Positions 36,030 through 43,595 of a DNA stretch of 55,336 nucleotides are shown here, one piece after another. The DNA lies in contig PWGO01000004.1 in the NCBI GenBank assembly GCA_003554525.1, positions 1-55,336 of the forward strand. The letters are read 5' to 3'. The DNA is from Syntrophomonadaceae bacterium. GTDB lineage: Bacteria; Bacillota; Dethiobacteria; DTU022; PWGO01. The position numbers and the translations under genes are program-made. Under the pieces are notes generated by a model. The model had not been told where the DNA came from and did not search any database. It worked only from the letters and a program-made list of their open reading frames with translations. The first letter of the stretch is position 1; the number at the start of each line of letters is the position of its first letter.

Positions 36030-36893
36030 TTGATGGAGGTGAAAAAAGTGACGGAACAGAGTAGCGGCAGAAAAGGATGGTGGGATAGCTCCATTTTTAA
36101 GGCAGAACCGAACAAGCTGTTGTACAGGGGTTACCGTATAGAGGATTTGTTAGGCCGCGTTTCATACGGTGAAATGGTTTATTTGATGGTCAAGGGTGAA
36201 CTGCCCCGCAAAAACGCAGGAAGGCTTATGGATGCTCTCCTGGTAGCGGCATGCGACCATGGGGCGGTATCACCTGCGGTAACCGCCTCCATGATGGCTG
36301 CCACCTGCGGGGTTACTTTTAACTCAGTAATAGCTACGGGTATGAACCTCCTGGGAAGAATACACGGGGGTGCAGTGGAAGAAGCCATGCGGGTTTACCT
36401 GGAGGCTGGAAGAGAAGTGGAAGATGGCCGGGAAGAGCTGGAAGTGTGCCGGGAAATTGCCCGGCGCTATAAAGAAAACAAACATTTTGTTCCCGGCTAC
36501 GGGCATCCCGTACACGACGATGATCCCCGGGTAAAAAAGCTTTTGGAAATGGGCTCGGAGGTGGTTCAGCTTGGGGAAATAAGCGGCAGGTATATATCTA
36601 TTTCACGGACCATGGGTGAATGTATAAACGAAAATTCCCGCCGACATATACCTTTAAACGTGGATGCGGCTATTGCAGCACTGTTGTGTGAGCTGGAACT
36701 GCCCCCGGAAACGGCCATGGGGTATATCTGTCTGTCGCGTGGAATTGGCCTGATGGCGCATGGCTACGAGGAATACCGGAAAGGAACCAGGATGAAAGCA
36801 CCCTGCCCTCCGGACATCTTGAAGGAAGAGATGACGTATTCTGGCCCGTCGGAAAGAGACCTCCCGGAGGAGCGCGAAAAAAATAAGGAGTAA
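36030..36893 (+). CDS. short citrate-synthase-family protein (citryl-CoA-lyase-like)
   Basis: About 281-287 aa, far shorter than a full citrate synthase. LLYRGYRIEDL, GRIHGGAVEE, VPGYGHPVH and PLNVDAAIA are the citrate-synthase catalytic His/His/Asp contexts. The start is ambiguous (TTG 36030, ATG 36033, or GTG 36048 with GGAGGTG 6 nt upstream). Confidence 0.75.
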   Translation: MMEVKKVTEQSSGRKGWWDSSIFKAEPNKLLYRGYRIEDLLGRVSYGEMVYLMVKGELPRKNAGRLMDALLVAACDHGAVSPAVTASMMAATCGVTFNSVIATGMNLLGRIHGGAVEEAMRVYLEAGREVEDGREELEVCREIARRYKENKHFVPGYGHPVHDDDPRVKKLLEMGSEVVQLGEISGRYISISRTMGECINENSRRHIPLNVDAAIAALLCELELPPETAMGYICLSRGIGLMAHGYEEYRKGTRMKAPCPPDILKEEMTYSGPSERDLPEEREKNKE

Positions 36894-37014
36894 GGTAGAA
36901 GTGAAATGGGGACCAGCTGGTAGTAAAGGAAGCCTTAATAATCCGGGAAGTGAAGTTAGTTGCGCATGCGGTACTTTTAAAGGGTAAACATCCAGGAAGG
37001 AGGAGGTTGAATAC

Positions 37015-38286
37015 ATGGCAAGGCTGCTGGAATACCAGGGGAAGGAACTGCTAAAGAAGTCGAAAATAAAAGTGCCCCGTGGGGAAGTAGTTGAAAGCAT
37101 GGAGAGGGCCGTGGCTGCTGCTTTAGAGATAGGTTTCCCGGTTATGGTAAAAGCCCAGGTGTTTCGCGGGGGAAGGGGAAAAGCCGGGGGCATTCATAAA
37201 GCGGAAGATATGACTTCCCTGGATAAGATTTGCAGGACGTTGCTGGGGAACGAGGTGGGCGGGTTAAAGGTAGAGAAGTTGCTGGTGGAAGAAAAGCTGG
37301 ACATAAAAAAAGAGGTTTACCTGGCGATAACGGGAGACCCTCAGACCCGCAAACCGGTGTTAATTTTCAGCGAAACCGGGGGAGTAGATATTGAAGAAGT
37401 TGCCCGTAATAACCCGGAAAAGGTAGTGTCGCAAACCATTGATATTTTAGAAGGACTTTACGATTACCAGGCCCGGAATGCTATTCGGAAGTGTCCCGGT
37501 CTGGACGGCAGAGAAATGGTCAAGTGTGCCGAAGCTGCTACCGGGCTATTTCTTGTTTACCGCGGTTACGATTGCAAACTGGTGGAAATCAACCCGATGG
37601 TTATCACTACCGGGGGTGAACTGCTGGCGGCTGATGCCCGTGTAGACGTGGATGATGATGCCGTATGGCGACACCCGGAGCTGGGCCTTACCGCGGCGGA
37701 AGAGGCGGGAGACCGGCCTTCCACGCTTCTGGAAATGGAGGCCGGCTGTATTGACGAGGGCGATCACCGCGGCTCGGCTCATTTTGTCCAAATAGACCCG
37801 GACGGGGCTTATGCCGAAGAAACCGGTAAAATATCCATAGGGTTTAACACGGTGGGTACCGGCTGCGGCCTGACCTTGCTGGACGAAATAGTTCCGCTGG
37901 GTTACTACCCGGTGAACTTTTGTGATACCTCCGGCAACCCTACCTCCTTGAAAATGTACGCTGCCACCAGGATTATTTTTTCTCAGCCTGGTATAAACGG
38001 CTATATATTTGTCACGGGAGTTGCGGCACAGCTGCTGGATAATACTGCCAGGGGTATAATAAAAGCGCTCCTGGAGTTATACCCGGGAACAGGAGGGCAG
38101 CCAAACATACCCTGTGTTTTTGTTTTTCGGGGACGTTCCGATGAGGTGGCTCTGCAGCTTTTCGAGGAGCACGGAATAAGCAAAAGCCCCATGGTTAAAA
38201 TGATGGGGCGGTGGGCCACGGAAAAAGATGCGGCACGTGCTTTTGACGAATTATACCGGAAGTTTCAACCGGTGGGAAAGGAGTAG
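37015..38286 (+). CDS. ATP-grasp beta-like subunit of an ADP-forming acyl-CoA synthetase (SucC / citryl-CoA-synthetase large-subunit-like), unit 2
   Basis: 423 aa. MARLLEYQGKELLKKSKIKVPRG...KAQVFRGGRGKAGGI. GAAGGAGGAGG upstream. Confidence 0.8.
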   Translation: MARLLEYQGKELLKKSKIKVPRGEVVESMERAVAAALEIGFPVMVKAQVFRGGRGKAGGIHKAEDMTSLDKICRTLLGNEVGGLKVEKLLVEEKLDIKKEVYLAITGDPQTRKPVLIFSETGGVDIEEVARNNPEKVVSQTIDILEGLYDYQARNAIRKCPGLDGREMVKCAEAATGLFLVYRGYDCKLVEINPMVITTGGELLAADARVDVDDDAVWRHPELGLTAAEEAGDRPSTLLEMEAGCIDEGDHRGSAHFVQIDPDGAYAEETGKISIGFNTVGTGCGLTLLDEIVPLGYYPVNFCDTSGNPTSLKMYAATRIIFSQPGINGYIFVTGVAAQLLDNTARGIIKALLELYPGTGGQPNIPCVFVFRGRSDEVALQLFEEHGISKSPMVKMMGRWATEKDAARAFDELYRKFQPVGKE

Positions 38287-38293
38287 GTGGATA

Positions 38294-38626
38294 ATGCCGG
38301 AAATAATGAAGTTTAGAACCATGGGGGAAGCAACGGTAACCGTGGAACTGGATAAGTGCGGGGCATGTCGCAGCAAGGCCTGCGTAGAAGCATGTAGCAA
38401 ACCGCACATGGGTAATATCCTGGAACTGGACGGGGAAGGGAAACCCAGGCTGTTAATGGAGAAAAACAAGGTAAAACGTGGCGGATGTACGGACTGCCTG
38501 GCCTGTGAGCTTGACTGCAGGCTTTACGGTAAAGGGGCGCTAAAAATTAGCCTGGAAATGCCCTACCTGGAAGAACACCTGCGGCAATTAACCGAACGCG
38601 GGGAGAAAATAGTTTACCGGGATTAA
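38294..38626 (+). CDS. small ferredoxin-like protein between the beta-like and alpha-like subunits, unit 2
   Basis: 110 aa from ATG 38294. The track's earlier start overlaps the upstream gene. CGACRSKACVEAC and CTDCLACELDC make 8 Cys, with the second motif canonical CxxCxxCxxxC. It is a homolog of 19496..19822. Confidence 0.65.
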   Translation: MPEIMKFRTMGEATVTVELDKCGACRSKACVEACSKPHMGNILELDGEGKPRLLMEKNKVKRGGCTDCLACELDCRLYGKGALKISLEMPYLEEHLRQLTERGEKIVYRD

Positions 38627-38692
38627 TAACGGCAAATAAGGGAATTTGTCAATTTCCCTTGATCATTAACAAGAAGAGCCAAGGAGGCCTGA

Positions 38693-39595
38693 ATGATGAG
38701 TATTCTATTGGATCAAAATACGGGATGTATGGTCCAGGGGATAACGGGAAGGGAAGCGCGAATACGCGCTGCTACCATGAAAGAATACGGAACCAGGCTT
38801 GTCTGTGGGATTACTCCCGGACGCGGAGGTGAAGTGGTGGAGGGAGATATCCCGGTTTACGATACCGTAGAAGAAGCGAAGGAAAACCACCCTGAGGTAG
38901 CGGCATCCGCGCTAATGGTGCCCGCCGCACTGGTGAAAAATGCCGCTTTTGAAGCCATTGATGCCGGTATAAAAGTTATTCTTTTAATTCCCGAAAGAGT
39001 TCCCCAGCAGGATATGCTGGAGATTATCGAGAGAAGCAGGAAAAAAGGTAGTTTTGTGGTTGGCCCCAACTCTATCGGGCTGATCAGCCCCGGGAAAGCC
39101 CTGCTGGGTATGATAGGGGGCACCCCGGAGCTGGCGCGGGAGCTTTTTAAAGAAGGCGAGTGCGGAGTGATGTCGCGAAGCGGAGGGCATACTACCACTA
39201 CTTCTTACTACCTTACCAGGGAAGGTGTGGGACAGAGTACTTGTGTAGCAGTGGGAGGCGACGCTTTTGTGGGCTCTTCTTTCGACGAGCTACTGCCCCT
39301 TTTTGAAACAGACCCGCAGACAAGGGCGGTGGTGATTTTTGGCGAACCGGGCACTACTGCCGAGGAAGATGTGGCCCGGATGATGGAAGAGAAAAAGTTT
39401 ACCAAGCCGCTTATCGCTTACGTAGCGGGGAAATACGTGCGCCCGGGTATGCGCTTTGGACATGCGGGAGCCATAATAAACAAGGGTGAAGGCAGGGTGG
39501 AAGATAAATTGCACAGGTTGAGAAAAGCAGGAGTTCACGTGGTGGATCACCTGGGGGATGTGGGAAAGGTAGCCCGTGAGCTTAACCTGAAATAA
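38693..39595 (+). CDS. CoA-binding alpha-like subunit (SucD / citryl-CoA-synthetase small-subunit-like), unit 2
   Basis: 300 aa. CMVQGITGREA, SRSGGHTTT and RFGHAGAII (phosphohistidine loop). AAGGAGG upstream. Confidence 0.85.
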   Translation: MMSILLDQNTGCMVQGITGREARIRAATMKEYGTRLVCGITPGRGGEVVEGDIPVYDTVEEAKENHPEVAASALMVPAALVKNAAFEAIDAGIKVILLIPERVPQQDMLEIIERSRKKGSFVVGPNSIGLISPGKALLGMIGGTPELARELFKEGECGVMSRSGGHTTTTSYYLTREGVGQSTCVAVGGDAFVGSSFDELLPLFETDPQTRAVVIFGEPGTTAEEDVARMMEEKKFTKPLIAYVAGKYVRPGMRFGHAGAIINKGEGRVEDKLHRLRKAGVHVVDHLGDVGKVARELNLK

Positions 39596-39608
39596 GGTGG
39601 GTAGACCT

Positions 39609-40760
39609 ATGTGGAGCCGCGAACAGGATCTTTTAAAATGTGTAATCATGCGGGGTGGGACCAGTAAAGCGGTGTTTTTTAAATCCAACGAGCTTCCCGG
39701 GAATCTGGCAGAGCGGGAAAGACTGATTTTAAAGGTTTTTGGTAGCCCTGATTTAAGGCAGATAGATGGACTGGGTGGAGCCGACGTTACTACCAGCAAG
39801 GTGGCTATTATCGGGCCTTCTACCAGGAAAGATGCAGATGTGGATTATACTTTTGGACAGGTTGGCTTGAACCAACCCCGGGTGGACTGGAATGTGAACT
39901 GCGGCAATATTTCTGCGGCAGTGGGCCCTTTTGCTGTAGACGAAGGGATGGTTCCTCCTGCAGAGGGGGAAACCAGGGTGCGTATATTTAATACCAATAC
40001 GCAGAAGATTATTACCGCCTTTGTTCCCGTGATTTCCGGGAAAGCAGCGGTAAAAGGTGAATACGCTATAGACGGTGTGCCGGGGCGGGGGGGGCGGATT
40101 AACCTGGACTACTCGCAGACAGTGGGGGCCGCCACGGGCAAGCTCCTGCCCACGGGAAACGCCGTAGATTATATCGAGCACAGCGGAAAGAAAGTGCCGG
40201 TTTCAGTGGTGGATGTAGCCAATCCTTCCCTGTTTATTGCTGCCGAAGAGGTAGGGCTTACCGGTAAAGAAGCCAGGCCGGCGCTGTCTTCTTGCACGGA
40301 GGTACTGCAGCATCTGGAAGAAATCCGTTGCATAGCCGCGGTAAAATGCGGTTTTGTAAAGAACCCGGGGGAGGCAACGGAGAAAAGCCCGGTCCGGCCC
40401 AAGGTTATCCTGGTAGCGGCTCCGGTTGATTATGAGGATTACGCAAGCGGTGAAATCATTGCCGGGGATAAAGTGGATTTCCTTTCCCGGGTGATCTGGA
40501 ACCAGGCCCCTGTGGAAACGCACACGGGAACAGGGGCGGTTTGTGCTGCTGCTGCGGCGCTGGTGCCAGGAACTGTTTTGAACATGGTAGCCTCCGAAAA
40601 AGCCAAAAACAGCGGCCTGGTGCGCATAGGACATCCCCGCGGCATCCTGGAACTGGAGTGCGAAACAAAGATGGAAGGCGGAAGTATTTCTTTCCAGCGG
40701 ATCTTTTTTGGAAGGACTGCCAGGAGAATTATGGAGGGATATGTATATATAACGGTTTAA
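39609..40760 (+). CDS. PrpF / 3-methylitaconate-isomerase / aconitate-isomerase family protein
   Basis: Start at ATG 39609, with AAGGTGG 8 nt upstream. LKCVIMRGGTSKAVFF is the family's N-terminal signature. About 383 aa. Confidence 0.85.
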   Translation: MWSREQDLLKCVIMRGGTSKAVFFKSNELPGNLAERERLILKVFGSPDLRQIDGLGGADVTTSKVAIIGPSTRKDADVDYTFGQVGLNQPRVDWNVNCGNISAAVGPFAVDEGMVPPAEGETRVRIFNTNTQKIITAFVPVISGKAAVKGEYAIDGVPGRGGRINLDYSQTVGAATGKLLPTGNAVDYIEHSGKKVPVSVVDVANPSLFIAAEEVGLTGKEARPALSSCTEVLQHLEEIRCIAAVKCGFVKNPGEATEKSPVRPKVILVAAPVDYEDYASGEIIAGDKVDFLSRVIWNQAPVETHTGTGAVCAAAAALVPGTVLNMVASEKAKNSGLVRIGHPRGILELECETKMEGGSISFQRIFFGRTARRIMEGYVYITV

Positions 40761-40787
40761 AATACAAACCAAACGGAGGAATGGCCT

Positions 40788-41651
40788 ATGATAGCCCAGT
40801 TTGTTTTGACCTCCAGCGAAGCCAAGAAATTTATATCCCTGGGGCTGGCCCGGCATCCCCTGGTACAGGAAGCTGTGGAAGATTCTATGGTAGTTATACA
40901 TCCCAGCAGCAGCACATATTTCCTGGTGGAGGCGCTTACCGGTTATGTACCCGGGACAAAGGTGTGGGTAGCGGGAGTTATTGTGCCGCGCGGGGCCTGC
41001 GTGGAAGCAAATACGCGGCCCACGCGCCGGGAAGGTGAAGCCCTGACTACTTCCCTGAAAGACCCGGGAATGTTTCCATACTCCTGGGTAATAAAAAAGG
41101 GGAGCCTGTATACTGGTATAAAACTCGATGATATCCTGAAAGAGATGGACGAAAAATCGGTCTATGTAAAAGGTGTTAATGCCGTAGATACAGCCAAAAA
41201 TGCAGGGGTGCTTCGTGCCAGCATGGCCGAAGGTACCATCGGCAAGGTTTTAAAGGTGTCGGAAAAAAATAAATTTAAAATTATTTGCCCTGTGGGAACG
41301 GAAAAACTGGTATGGGGAAGCTTGGCGGAAAAAGACGGTTTTAGCTCAAAAAAGAAAGACTACGCTATGGGTTGCAGCGTCAATCTGTTTACGTTAAAGC
41401 CGTTGGTAATAAACGAAACGGAAGCCGCATCTCTTCTGGGTGAAGTCAACGCAGAAGTTATAGCTTCAGGTGGACTGGCCGGAGCGGAAGGAGGGGTAAC
41501 GCTCCTGGTAGAAGGAGAAAAAGAAGAAGTAAGAAAAGTTATCCAGGCCGCAGAACTTAGCAAGGGAGCCCGCCTGCCGGAGGTGCTGTTGGCCCCGTGC
41601 AGTGACTGTGGAGTGCCCACCTGCGAGTTTAAGGGTTGGGAAGAAGTATAA
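40788..41651 (+). CDS. conserved hypothetical protein with a C-terminal Cys cluster (paralog of 2511..3422)
   Basis: 287 aa. See 2511..3422 for the shared blocks. The tail is APCSDCGVPTCEF. It is the last gene of the operon. Confidence 0.7.
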   Translation: MIAQFVLTSSEAKKFISLGLARHPLVQEAVEDSMVVIHPSSSTYFLVEALTGYVPGTKVWVAGVIVPRGACVEANTRPTRREGEALTTSLKDPGMFPYSWVIKKGSLYTGIKLDDILKEMDEKSVYVKGVNAVDTAKNAGVLRASMAEGTIGKVLKVSEKNKFKIICPVGTEKLVWGSLAEKDGFSSKKKDYAMGCSVNLFTLKPLVINETEAASLLGEVNAEVIASGGLAGAEGGVTLLVEGEKEEVRKVIQAAELSKGARLPEVLLAPCSDCGVPTCEFKGWEEV

Positions 41652-41973
41652 GTGTATTTTTAAGTATTAAATTTAGAAATACGGCTGTTAATATGGGTGG
41701 TAATATATAGATATTAAGCTGCTCCTGTTCCCGTTTGAGGCAACAGTTAAGAGTGGCTTTTTTTTAATTTTGGCTTTATAATTAATGTACCCTCAGGCAG
41801 CCGGGTTATAGCAGGAAAGATGGAAATAAATGATACCGGGTGGAGGTATCAGTTTCCTGAAGGAAAAAGGGGCTCTTTATGGAAGTACCAAAATATCGTA
41901 TCAGAATTTTAACACAAGGCTGGGGGAATAAAGAAAAAAAACAACCTTCTTAAACGAAACGAGGGGTTTTAAT

Positions 41974-43377
41974 ATGAAATTAGAACAAAACTTGGATATA
42001 AAACAAGCCCAGAAATTAGTAATGACTCCCGAGTTGAAACAGGCTATTGCTCTTTTACAGATGCCTGCTGTACAGTTGCTGGAATTTTTACAAGAAGAAA
42101 TGATTAACAACCCGGTCCTGGAGTGGGAAGAAGATAAGGAAAATAGCGGGGAATACGATGAAAAAGTAGAAACCGGGGAAGAAGAGTTTCCCTGGGAATA
42201 TTACTTTTCGGAAAATAACTATGAAGAAAATACCGGCGTGGCTTCTGACGGATATTCTACCAGCCATGTGCTGGAGAATACTTATAGTAATGAAGAATCC
42301 CTGCTGGATGAACTCTGCAGCCAGGTAAGGATGTTGTTTGCAAGAAAAGACCATTCTCTGGGTGAATACCTGATAGGCTGTCTGGACGCGGATGGATACC
42401 TCAGGCTGGAATTGCAGGAAATAGCTTATGCTTTAAAAGTACCGAAAAGAAGGATCAAAGAAGTTTTAAAATTAATCCAGGATTACCTGGAACCGCCGGG
42501 TATAGGTGCGCGAAGTTTAAAAGAGTGTCTGTTGATACAGATGAGAAGAAACATGGATTACCCGGAACTGGTCGAAGAACTGTTAAACAACTATCTTCCT
42601 GCGGTAGCTGACGGGCGATACAGTTACCTGTCTGGACAGTTAGATGTGAGTCTCGAAAAAATATTTGAAGCGGTTGATTATATCAAAACCCTGAATCCCA
42701 GGCCGGGAAATCTGTGGGGCTCTTTACTGGATGTGCGGTTTATAAACCCCGATGTAATTGTAGAAAAAGTAGAAGGGGAATACGTGATCCATATTCCGGA
42801 AAACAGTTCACCTTACATTAAAATAAATCCTTACTACCGCAGCCTGCTCCATGATAACAAAAGCGAAGGCTCTGTTTATATTAAAAAATGCCTGGACCGG
42901 GCCATGTGGTTGTTGAAAAGCATAGAGCAGCGCCGTATTACTCTATACCGGGTTTCGGAAATTATTGTAAATGAACAACAAGGGTTTTTAGAGCACGGCT
43001 TAAAATATTTATCGCCACTTACCTTGAAGAAAGTTGCCGCTTCGCTGGAAATGCATGAATCCACGGTAAGTCGTGCAACTTCTAACAAGTATATGCAGAC
43101 ACCGTTGGGTCTGTTTCCCTTTAAATTTTTTTTTACCAGCAGCCTGCAGGGAGAAGACGGCCAGAATTATTCTTCTACCAGCATAAAATCTTATATCAAG
43201 GAGCTAATTTCGCAGGAAAGCCCGGAAAAACCTTACAGCGACAGCAAGCTTGCTGGACTATTAAACCAGGAAGGAATTGAAATCTCCCGACGAACTGTGG
43301 CCAAGTACAGGGAAGAACTCTATATTCCATCTTCGCAGAAAAGGAAACAAAAAAGCAGGAAAGAAGTAACGATATAA
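41974..43377 (+). CDS. rpoN: RNA polymerase sigma-54 factor
   Basis: 467 aa. Region I is LKQAQKLVMTPELKQAIALLQM, followed by an acidic linker. The C-terminal RpoN box is ISRRTVAKYREEL. Confidence 0.9.
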   Translation: MKLEQNLDIKQAQKLVMTPELKQAIALLQMPAVQLLEFLQEEMINNPVLEWEEDKENSGEYDEKVETGEEEFPWEYYFSENNYEENTGVASDGYSTSHVLENTYSNEESLLDELCSQVRMLFARKDHSLGEYLIGCLDADGYLRLELQEIAYALKVPKRRIKEVLKLIQDYLEPPGIGARSLKECLLIQMRRNMDYPELVEELLNNYLPAVADGRYSYLSGQLDVSLEKIFEAVDYIKTLNPRPGNLWGSLLDVRFINPDVIVEKVEGEYVIHIPENSSPYIKINPYYRSLLHDNKSEGSVYIKKCLDRAMWLLKSIEQRRITLYRVSEIIVNEQQGFLEHGLKYLSPLTLKKVAASLEMHESTVSRATSNKYMQTPLGLFPFKFFFTSSLQGEDGQNYSSTSIKSYIKELISQESPEKPYSDSKLAGLLNQEGIEISRRTVAKYREELYIPSSQKRKQKSRKEVTI

Positions 43378-43595
43378 CGTAGGTAGAAAGCTCACTGTAA
43401 AAAAATGCGGTGGAATTTGTCAATACCGGTGGGAAGCTTGTAACCAGGAAAGCCCGGGAGTCCTGCTTAGCTAAATGGTAACTACTAAGAGTGTGAATCT
43501 TAGAGGATAAGAAGCCCTACTACACCATGAGACTGAGTAGATGCGTCAAATTTTTAATCGTATTGTTGTATCATTTGCCTTGGGAGGGGTTAAAT

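Noticed and set aside
40541-41038. 165-aa plus-strand ORF bridging the PrpF-like gene end and the next gene start
   Set aside because: It is out of frame with two supported genes that it overlaps almost completely. The translation is Gly/Arg/Cys/Pro-rich nonsense.
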